A DNA stretch of 64,000 bases from an uncultured Candidatus Saccharibacteria bacterium (GTDB lineage Bacteria > Patescibacteriota > Minisyncoccia > Phycocordibacterales > JAKFXT01), in assembly GCA_964541455.1 (NCBI GenBank), contig CAZIPS010000001.1, positions 1,709-65,708 of the forward strand, given 5' to 3'. Of this stretch, positions 19,346 through 27,462 are shown piece by piece (positions within the stretch are counted from its first letter, which is position 1; each line of letters starts with the position of its first letter). Below the pieces are notes generated by a model. The model did no database searches. It saw nothing but the letters and a program-made list of their open reading frames with translations, and was not told the DNA's origin. The position numbers and the translations under genes are program-made.

Positions 19346-21136
19346 CTAAAGGTCGAGATTAAAATGAGTACTTAAAATTGCAAGGGAACAATAGAGATGA
19401 CTATACTTCCCAGGCCAGGTAGCACTTTTTTCAATTTCTTTTTTAATAAGCGGCCAGTCGATGAGGCCTCCCCCACGTTGCGTGTTAATAATGTCGAGGA
19501 ATAGGGATTTGAAACGTGCATCGTACCAGTATTCAATCGGTGCTCGCCAACCAGTTTTTTTCTTGCGCTCGGTAATATAGGAAGGAAGTCTGCCAGTAAA
19601 AAGTTTCCGTAGATACACTTTGTTTTCAGTATCATTTCGATACTCGTTTTCTTTAAGTACACTATCAATAAAGAGGCGGAAGGGATGATATGAAAGCGGG
19701 GAGCGCAACTCAATTGACTCGTGCATATATAGTTTATCACTTCGAATGAAGTTTTCACCAGGGAGCCAAAGGAAGCGGTCCCCGAGCATCATGTCATACA
19801 TACCGCTATCCTTCTTTTGTGCATAAAGGTTATAAAGTGGGTCAAGCGCTTTGTGGAGTGTGGGAAGTGGTGAGAGGGTGCTTTTTGTTGGAGTACGTGT
19901 AAAGCGTTTAAAAAAGGCAAAGCGATCAGCAACCTCTTTAAAATCATAGTGGGTGTTATTGCGATAATTTTTTAGTAACGAATAAAGGGGAGGGGTAAGG
20001 AGGCTCATTTGTTGTTTCATTTTTTGTGCGTCACGATAGTATGGGTACCCACAAAAAAGCTCATCTCCGCCATCTCCCGAGAGAATAACTCTTTTATGAT
20101 CTCCTCTTACGCCTTCGGTCTGGGCGGTTATTAAATAGGTAGGGAGCGAAATATTGTAATTAGGTTCCTCGATTGTTTTATAGCTTTCAACAAACGCCTT
20201 GTAGTAAGTGTCTTTGGTCACGAGTATCTCATGATGCGAGCTGTTGTAATCTTTTGCTAAACGTTTTGCGAGTTCAGCATCCTCATTAAAATTATCTTTT
20301 TCTATATCAAAGCGGGTAGTATAGGAGTGTACAGTATGCCCACGGCGTTGCATGAGGTCGAAAAGTAGTGATGAATCAAGGCCTCCTGAAAGATTAATGG
20401 CAACTTCCTGTTTACTTAAAAGATGTTCATCGAGGAGTTGCTCAAAGGCCCCCATACCTTTTTCTTGATAGTAATTTGGGGCAGTGCTTTTATAGAAATC
20501 GTATGAAGAAGTGTTATCTAGAATGTTATAGGTAAGACAACTTGAGGGTTCAAGTTTTTTTATGTACTTAAAAAGTGTAAGATCGCCAAAAAGATATCCA
20601 AAATTGAGCGCAGTAACCACCGCTTCTTCACTTCCTGAACGATCAATATGTGGGTGGGTTACAATACTTTTTATTTCTGAACTAAAAATAAAATCATTTC
20701 CTTTGAGGTAGTAGTACACACCTTTTTGTCCCGTGGGGTCGCGATAGAGTTTAATGACCCTTTCTTGTTTGTTGTAGAGCGCAATACCGAACATCCCGTG
20801 GATGTGGTAAATAAAATCCCAGCCATATTTTTCAATGGTGGCAAACAGGATAGCGGTATCAAGATCAGTATGTTCATAGGAAGCAGGAAGTTCTTTTTTA
20901 AGTTGCTCGGTATTGTAAATCTGTCCATTAAAAAGAAGTACCCATGGAGAACCCTCTTTAACAAACGGTTGTTGTGAATGGCTCGCTGCTTCACGAATGG
21001 AGAGAAGAGTGTGGCCAAGTGAAATAGTCTTGTCTATGTATGTTCCAGAAAAATCTGGTCCGCGGTGAGAAAGTGCAGCATTCATTTTTTGGAGTGCTTC
21101 TTTGTTGTTTCCTGTAAACCCGTTAATTCCACACAT
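19346..21136 (-). CDS. asnB: second asparagine synthase-like amidotransferase
   Basis: MCGING, HRGPD, FNGQIYN, LSGGLDS, GDGGDELFCGY, ELRSP. Confidence 0.85.
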   Translation of the reverse strand: MCGINGFTGNNKEALQKMNAALSHRGPDFSGTYIDKTISLGHTLLSIREAASHSQQPFVKEGSPWVLLFNGQIYNTEQLKKELPASYEHTDLDTAILFATIEKYGWDFIYHIHGMFGIALYNKQERVIKLYRDPTGQKGVYYYLKGNDFIFSSEIKSIVTHPHIDRSGSEEAVVTALNFGYLFGDLTLFKYIKKLEPSSCLTYNILDNTSSYDFYKSTAPNYYQEKGMGAFEQLLDEHLLSKQEVAINLSGGLDSSLLFDLMQRRGHTVHSYTTRFDIEKDNFNEDAELAKRLAKDYNSSHHEILVTKDTYYKAFVESYKTIEEPNYNISLPTYLITAQTEGVRGDHKRVILSGDGGDELFCGYPYYRDAQKMKQQMSLLTPPLYSLLKNYRNNTHYDFKEVADRFAFFKRFTRTPTKSTLSPLPTLHKALDPLYNLYAQKKDSGMYDMMLGDRFLWLPGENFIRSDKLYMHESIELRSPLSYHPFRLFIDSVLKENEYRNDTENKVYLRKLFTGRLPSYITERKKKTGWRAPIEYWYDARFKSLFLDIINTQRGGGLIDWPLIKKEIEKSATWPGKYSHLYCSLAILSTHFNLDL

Positions 21137-21249
21137 ATGGCATTAGCATAGCATTTTATCTATAAACCCGCGGAAGTGGGTAAAGGTGACTTTTTAGAGG
21201 CAGGAGTGTTTTATGTGCTAGCATACACACTACCTAACCAGTGTTTACC

Positions 21250-22245
21250 ATGGCTACTGTATCTAAGCGAAATAACGCCAAAACCTCCAAAGAAGCTCGA
21301 ATTAAGAGGGTTTTTGGGGCAGCAACGGAAAGCCTAGAGAAGGTCTCTACGACCAGCCAAAGGGCAATTTTGAAGGCAGGGGAGCTTATAGAGGCATCTT
21401 CTGGACTCATTATTACCACAGGGGTCGGAAAGTCTGGTTTTATTGCTGGGAAATGTGCTGCAACACTTACTAGCCTTGGTAGGCGTTCCTTCACCCTAAA
21501 TCCTACTGATGCATTGCATGGAGATGTTGGGGCAGTAGGGAATAGTGATGTAATTATCGCTTTTTCTTACTCTGGAGAAACGGCGGAGTTACTTAAAACA
21601 ATTCGTCATATAAAAAAAGAAACGCGTGCGCGTATTATTGCAATCACTGGAAAAGAAGGAAGTGCGCTTGCCAAACTTGCTCATGTGGCAATTATTACCC
21701 CTATTGTCGCGGAGGGGAGTACACATGAATTGGCTCCCATGGCTTCAACAACTGCAGCGCTTGTGGTAGCCGATGCACTCGCTTCATCTTTAGTTGATCC
21801 ACATATATTTACTCACAAAGCGTTTGCCAAGCTTCACCCAGCAGGATCTCTTGGACTTCAACTTGAACGCGTTCAATCAGTGATGAAAAAAGGAAATAAT
21901 ATTCCAAAGGTGTATGAGCAGGCTTCGTGCAAAGAGGCACTTCTTGAGCTTTCAAAGAAAAAGCAAGGTATTGTTGCTATTGTTTCAAACACACATAAAC
22001 TTTTGGGGGTACTTACTGATGGAGATATACGCCGCGCGGTAATTAGGGGAGTGGATATGAACACGCAGAGTATTAAAACAATGATGACAAAAACCCCCAA
22101 GATAATTTCTAAAGAAGCAACCCTTAAGGAGGCGCTTGTAGAAATGGAACGAGATAATAAAGTAACCAGCCTTTTTGTAGTGAATGCAAAAAAAGAGATA
22201 GAGGGTATCATTCATATGCACCATATTATTGGAGTGGTGGTGTAA
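21250..22245 (+). CDS. kdsD: KpsF/GutQ/KdsD-family sugar-phosphate isomerase (SIS + CBS pair)
   Basis: TGVGKSG, DALHGD.G, S.SGET.E, LAP..ST, FAKLHPAGSLG, G.LTDGDIRR. Confidence 0.85.
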   Translation: MATVSKRNNAKTSKEARIKRVFGAATESLEKVSTTSQRAILKAGELIEASSGLIITTGVGKSGFIAGKCAATLTSLGRRSFTLNPTDALHGDVGAVGNSDVIIAFSYSGETAELLKTIRHIKKETRARIIAITGKEGSALAKLAHVAIITPIVAEGSTHELAPMASTTAALVVADALASSLVDPHIFTHKAFAKLHPAGSLGLQLERVQSVMKKGNNIPKVYEQASCKEALLELSKKKQGIVAIVSNTHKLLGVLTDGDIRRAVIRGVDMNTQSIKTMMTKTPKIISKEATLKEALVEMERDNKVTSLFVVNAKKEIEGIIHMHHIIGVVV

Positions 22246-22254
22246 CCATAGACT

Positions 22255-23724
22255 ATGGCCGATCAAAATCTTACTTACGCTCGTGAATTGTTGTTACGTA
22301 TTAACAACCTCACTATTTCAGGAAAGTCGCTTGCTGATTATTTTGCGTACGATACGTATTCACTGTGGCAGTGTTATCAGGAGGCGATTTTTGCAGATCT
22401 AAAGGTATTTAGTAGTACTCGTGAAGTGCCTCAAAAAAATTCAAAGGGAGCCTCCTTGTGGCGACGGTGGGGCTCAGGATGTTTGATTTTTATGTTTTCC
22501 CTGCCGGGAATGCTTTCACTATTTTTACGAAAGCCAACAATTATGTTTTACACCATCGATAGAGCAGATGGAGCTTTTTTGGGAGATATGCGTATCGGAG
22601 AAGTATTTAGGTTTTTGTTGGAAAAGAAAATTTCCTTTAAGGAAATTATCCATAGTAGTAACGGCGCCACGCAACGTACTAATTTTTTTAAACGTGGACG
22701 AGCGCCGCTTTACTATGAGGCGCTTGATTTTATATATAAACTTTTCTCTTTAGTTGGGGCTACTAAAAAAAGTTCACTTTCTTTTTTGGAGAAGATCGAC
22801 TATACGTCATTTAAAGATGACAAGGAGCGAGCTTTTATTGCCTTTCTTCTAAAAAAGTATGCAATACTCCGCGATGTTTCAGTGTTTAAAATTACATGGA
22901 GTAGCAAGCTACTTACTTTTGTAAAACCAAAGGCCTTGTTTTTGATTGATGATGGGAGACAGTACTATTTTGAACTACTCGCTGCTGCACGTAATGCATC
23001 AGTACCAAGCTATGCATTCCAACATGGGCACATTACAAAGTATCAAGTCGGCTGGCAGAAACTTCCTCTCTGGCAAGGTCCATACCTTTACCCCGATCAC
23101 TACATGCTATGGAGTGAGTATTGGATTAATGAGCTTTTGCGTTTCAATACTTATATACCGAAAGAGCAGATGGTAATTGGCGGGAGCAAGACGGCACTTC
23201 TTCCACTTGTGCCACATACGAACAATGAGCCACTTAGCGTTGTTATTCCCTACGAAACAATTGCTCCACAAAGTGAGCTTAAACCATACCTTGCCGCGCT
23301 TTGTAATGCTCCACATATTTCAGTAACTTTTAAGCTTCGTCTAGATATGAGCAAGGAAAAGCAGTGTGGTCAGTATGGGTTAGTTGAAGTACCAGGGAAG
23401 GTTGAGGCAGTGACGACACTCCCTCTAAAGGAGCAGGAATATGATGTTGTGCTTGGTGTCTACTCGTCGTATCTTTACGATATGATCGCCTTTGGCGTTC
23501 CTGTAGGGCTACTTGCCACTTCTTTTGATTATGGGATCGGAATGGTTGATAATGGGTTGGCTGATATGGTGCGCGTGGAGCATCTCTTTGATGACATTAC
23601 TCACTTGGCAGCGCTTTCGGATACAGAAAGAGAGAGGCGGCGAACCGTATTGTTTGGAGCGATTCCAAAACAGCTCTATCAAACCCTAGAGGTATTGGGC
23701 CGGGAAAAATATTGGTATGTTTAA
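22255..23724 (+). CDS. hypothetical protein, possible GT-B capsule/surface-glycan transferase
   Basis: FQHG motif, D..MLW..YW, V.GVYSS..Y....FG.PV resemble capsule-biosynthesis GT-B proteins; follows kdsD by 9 bp. Confidence 0.4.
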   Translation: MADQNLTYARELLLRINNLTISGKSLADYFAYDTYSLWQCYQEAIFADLKVFSSTREVPQKNSKGASLWRRWGSGCLIFMFSLPGMLSLFLRKPTIMFYTIDRADGAFLGDMRIGEVFRFLLEKKISFKEIIHSSNGATQRTNFFKRGRAPLYYEALDFIYKLFSLVGATKKSSLSFLEKIDYTSFKDDKERAFIAFLLKKYAILRDVSVFKITWSSKLLTFVKPKALFLIDDGRQYYFELLAAARNASVPSYAFQHGHITKYQVGWQKLPLWQGPYLYPDHYMLWSEYWINELLRFNTYIPKEQMVIGGSKTALLPLVPHTNNEPLSVVIPYETIAPQSELKPYLAALCNAPHISVTFKLRLDMSKEKQCGQYGLVEVPGKVEAVTTLPLKEQEYDVVLGVYSSYLYDMIAFGVPVGLLATSFDYGIGMVDNGLADMVRVEHLFDDITHLAALSDTERERRRTVLFGAIPKQLYQTLEVLGREKYWYV

Positions 23725-24451
23725 CATAATAAAAAAAATACTTTATCCATTAACGAAAGAAATAAGGGCGGTGTTTACGTACCCGTCTAACCGCATTGAC
23801 CTTGAGCAGGATGATTATGATGCTTATTGGGAAAAGAAGCGCGGCGGGGCGCATCTTGCGACGCTTTCTTCGTGGCAGGAGGCACGGGCACGCTATATAG
23901 CAAGTGAAATAATTAAAACATCACCAGTTTCAGTAGTCGATATCGCTTGTGGGACAGGAAATATTTTGAAGTATTTAAAAGATACTATTCCCGGTATGCG
24001 CACTATTGGGGTTGACGTGTCACCGAAAGCACTTCTTGTTGCTAAAACGCTTGGTATCGAAACCAAAGAGACGAGTGATATTTTAAAAACACTCGAGTAT
24101 ATGGACCCTGTTGACTATATACTGTTTCTTGAGATTCTCGAGCATCTTCCAAACGCAGAAATGATTCTTAAGGCAGGGGTAGTAAAGGCAAAACGTGCAG
24201 TATTTTTTTCAATACCAAATACAGGATACATTACGTACCGGCTCAGGCTTCTTTTTGGAAAGGTGCCTGCACAATGGCACCGTCATCCAGGAGAGCATGT
24301 GCGTTTTTGGACTATGCAAGATGTAAAGTGGTGGCTTCGTGCACTTTCAATTGACACGTATACTATCCATACGTACAAAGGAGTGCCCCTTCTTAACAAG
24401 GTTTGGCCAGCGCTTTTTGGCGCCGCCTTTGTTGTTATGATAAGAGTGTAG
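23717..24451 (+). CDS. SAM-dependent methyltransferase (MetW-like)
   Basis: VVDIACGTG, GVDVS, EILEHL, SIPNTGY...RL.LLFG. Confidence 0.8.
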   Translation: MFNIIKKILYPLTKEIRAVFTYPSNRIDLEQDDYDAYWEKKRGGAHLATLSSWQEARARYIASEIIKTSPVSVVDIACGTGNILKYLKDTIPGMRTIGVDVSPKALLVAKTLGIETKETSDILKTLEYMDPVDYILFLEILEHLPNAEMILKAGVVKAKRAVFFSIPNTGYITYRLRLLFGKVPAQWHRHPGEHVRFWTMQDVKWWLRALSIDTYTIHTYKGVPLLNKVWPALFGAAFVVMIRV

Positions 24452-24463
24452 TAGGATATTTTT

Positions 24464-25303
24464 ATGGAAACATTATTACAAAAAGCAACATTGTCTGATG
24501 TACGCACCGACCCGTATCCTTATCTTGTGCTTACTGATGCAGTGTCTCAAGAACTTTGCGATCAATTACTCACAGAGCTCCCTTCGATTGAAACGCTCAC
24601 ACATCACGAGCCGTTGGGGAACAATAAGCGTTTTGATTATACTGTTGCAGACATTGCAAAAAAAGGGGGTGTAACACCAACATGGAGGGCATTTATTGAA
24701 GCGCAATCAAGCGAGCTTTTTTGGAAGCAACTCATAGCATTGTTTAAACCATCTATACAAAAGTTGTATCCAGACCTCGAGCAAAAATTTGGACCGCTTG
24801 AAACATGGCATATTGGGCATCGTTATCTTGATAGTTTTGATGACAAAACAATTCTTCTTGATGCTCATATTTCCATTAACACTCCCGTGGTTAAAAAGCC
24901 TTCAAGTGTGCGCGAGGCTCACGTTGATGATCCTCGTAAACTTTTTGGAGCGCTCTTCTACCTACGTCTTCCGGGGGATACTACCGAGGGAGGGAATCTA
25001 CAGGTGTTCCGTTATAAGGATAAAAATAAGAAAAAGTTTTTTGGGCAGGGGATAAGTGAAAAGTACATGGAGGTGGTTGAAACAGTACCCTACAAAAAAA
25101 ATGTTTTTGTCCTCTTTATAAATCACCTTGATTCGGTACATGGAGTAACCCCACGTGAGGTCACCAACGTTCCTCGTTATTTTGTGAATCTGATTGGTGA
25201 AATGAAGGAGCCTCTCTTTGACCTTGAAAGTGTGCAGGAGAATATCTGGAAGCGCCGAGTTCGTTCATTTGTAAATACTCATTTTAAAGAACCTCATGCG
25301 TAG
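24464..25303 (+). CDS. 2OG-Fe(II) oxygenase
   Basis: HVD (HxD), LFYL...EGGNL, S.HGVTPR...R facial-triad and 2OG-binding pattern. Confidence 0.75.
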   Translation: METLLQKATLSDVRTDPYPYLVLTDAVSQELCDQLLTELPSIETLTHHEPLGNNKRFDYTVADIAKKGGVTPTWRAFIEAQSSELFWKQLIALFKPSIQKLYPDLEQKFGPLETWHIGHRYLDSFDDKTILLDAHISINTPVVKKPSSVREAHVDDPRKLFGALFYLRLPGDTTEGGNLQVFRYKDKNKKKFFGQGISEKYMEVVETVPYKKNVFVLFINHLDSVHGVTPREVTNVPRYFVNLIGEMKEPLFDLESVQENIWKRRVRSFVNTHFKEPHA

Positions 25304-26099
25304 TTTCCTACTTGCTTCTTACGAGTTTTTGATTCGTATACCTGACATTATTACCCCTCGTTTTGTTAAGGAACGCGCTGACCCTGAACGGTTTGGCATT
25401 GATCAGTTTGTGTTCAATGATCTTGTGCCGCGACTTAAAAAAACAGATCGCTTACTTGATGCTGGTGCTGGTTCTTTCCGCTACAAGCACGCCCTCGATT
25501 TTACAAAATATGAATCAACTGATTTTGAGGATATTTTTGATGCTGACAGCAAGGGTAAACACACATTTACATGCAGTTTAGACAATATTCCACTTCCTGA
25601 TAACCAATATGACGTTATTGTTAATACGCAAGTACTAGAGCATGTTGAGTTCCCAGAAAAGGTGGTATCAGAAATGGCTCGTGTGCTAAAACCAGGTGGG
25701 ACGCTATATCTCACGACGCCTCAAATCTCTCATGTGCATGGGGCACCGTATAACTTTTTCTTCTTTACCCCGTATGGACTTCGCTCACTTTTTGAGCGTG
25801 CAGGGCTTACAGTTGAAAGTATCAGCCCACGTGGAGGGGTCTTTTGGGTACTTGGGAAAATAAGCTCACTACTTCCTTCCTATCTTTTCTACCAGCACGC
25901 CTTCACAGGATTTAAAAAGGGGATTCACTTCAAGCCAAAGTTTCGCTACACTCCGCTTTCTTTTATGCTCATCCCTTTTTATGTTGTTTTTCAACTTATT
26001 CTTGGATACTACATCCCGTTTTTGTGTTTTTATCTCGATCGTCTAGATCGTCAAAAAGATTTTAGTTTAGGGTACGCTTGTATTGCAGTTAAAAAATAG
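25296..26099 (+). CDS. SAM-dependent methyltransferase
   Basis: LLDAGAG, YDVIVNTQVLEHV, RVLKPGG. Confidence 0.85.
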   Translation: MRSFLLASYEFLIRIPDIITPRFVKERADPERFGIDQFVFNDLVPRLKKTDRLLDAGAGSFRYKHALDFTKYESTDFEDIFDADSKGKHTFTCSLDNIPLPDNQYDVIVNTQVLEHVEFPEKVVSEMARVLKPGGTLYLTTPQISHVHGAPYNFFFFTPYGLRSLFERAGLTVESISPRGGVFWVLGKISSLLPSYLFYQHAFTGFKKGIHFKPKFRYTPLSFMLIPFYVVFQLILGYYIPFLCFYLDRLDRQKDFSLGYACIAVKK

Positions 26100-27344
26100 T
26101 TACGCCATGCGGAGCATAAGGGTGTAAGCGGTGAGAAGCCCGATTGTTTTTGAGGCAATGCGGGCAATGATTGCGCCCCAAATACCAAAGTAATAGATAC
26201 CTACAAAAATAAGAGTGATTTTAATAGTATTTGAAATAACACTTAATGTATATTTTTCTTTTAGGGCAATTTGTGCATCAAGAAGAGAGAGGGGCATAGT
26301 GCCACTCATAAGTATGGTAATGGCAAACACTTGAGAGTAGATAATTGCGGCGTGGTATTGAGGGAAGAAATAATGAAAGAGTATGGGCGCAAAGAAGACG
26401 TAGATGAGAGTGATCGGAACAGTGAGAAGTAAGAGAGTGAAAGATTTTTGTACAATAGTTTTTTTGGCGGCAGATACTTCTTTAAGTGCTAGTTTGGGGA
26501 CGGCGAGCGTCCCGATATTTTTGATGAGGCCTAAGATGTTAGTAGGGATTAAGAGAGAAAAGTTATAAATAGCAAGTTGTATAGGGCCGAAGTAGTGGAA
26601 GAGAATAATGTTATCAACTCGGTCGGCGAGCGCAGCAAAACCGTTAATAATACTCACGTGGGCTCCTAGTCTTTTTGCGTCTGGGTCAATGCGATGGTTT
26701 GGCTTAAAACGAATGTAGGTGTAATAGAAGGCGTACCCGGTGATTAAAAAGTGTATAAGGAAATAGGTACCAACAATGAGCACGGGGTTGTGGGTAAGGA
26801 AAAGAGAAAGGATAAGTACAGAGGTAGCAATAATGCCACGGAGTGCATTTATGGTGCTGCTCACTTTAAAAAGTTTTTTCCCATTAAGGTAGGAAGTGTG
26901 AAGTTCAAAACTGTCTGTAAAGGGAGCAAATGCAGCAGCAAAAAGTAGGCTGTAGCAAAGTACCGTATTTCCATGAAGCGCGTAGTAAAGCGCAAAGAGT
27001 CCCATGCCTGTGGCGAGAAGGCCACTCCACGAAAGATTGGTAAGAAAGCTTTTAAGAAGAGTGCCTTCATTTCCACGAGCAACTGCACGAGTTACTGCAG
27101 GGGAGAGTCCGCTTAGTGAAAATGACATAAACATACCGACCACAGAAAGGATGTAGCGGTAGGTGCCATACACCTCCTGACTTACCAAATGTGCAAAAGC
27201 GATAGCTAGCAGAAAAGATGACCCCATACTAACGATCTGGCCTAAAATAAGCCAAAAACCACCGCCTGCGGCGTAGACCATATCGGTTTTGAAAATATGT
27301 TCGCTTTTGCGTAAAAGGCCTTTAATACGTTCTTTTCCGGTCAT
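26100..27344 (-). CDS. Wzx-type oligosaccharide flippase
   Basis: About 12 TMs, L...YGTY.Y...V, DNIIL..YFG...LAIY; MOP-family pattern at the end of a glycan locus. Confidence 0.8.
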   Translation of the reverse strand: MTGKERIKGLLRKSEHIFKTDMVYAAGGGFWLILGQIVSMGSSFLLAIAFAHLVSQEVYGTYRYILSVVGMFMSFSLSGLSPAVTRAVARGNEGTLLKSFLTNLSWSGLLATGMGLFALYYALHGNTVLCYSLLFAAAFAPFTDSFELHTSYLNGKKLFKVSSTINALRGIIATSVLILSLFLTHNPVLIVGTYFLIHFLITGYAFYYTYIRFKPNHRIDPDAKRLGAHVSIINGFAALADRVDNIILFHYFGPIQLAIYNFSLLIPTNILGLIKNIGTLAVPKLALKEVSAAKKTIVQKSFTLLLLTVPITLIYVFFAPILFHYFFPQYHAAIIYSQVFAITILMSGTMPLSLLDAQIALKEKYTLSVISNTIKITLIFVGIYYFGIWGAIIARIASKTIGLLTAYTLMLRMA

Positions 27345-27462
27345 GAAGATGTTATAGGTATGTAACTATAGTACGGCAGGGTTGGTCACTTTGCTAGGCT
27401 AAGGGGGTGGGTGGTATAGTGTGCCCTACGGACAGATGTCTTACAAGTTGTAATTATTTCAC

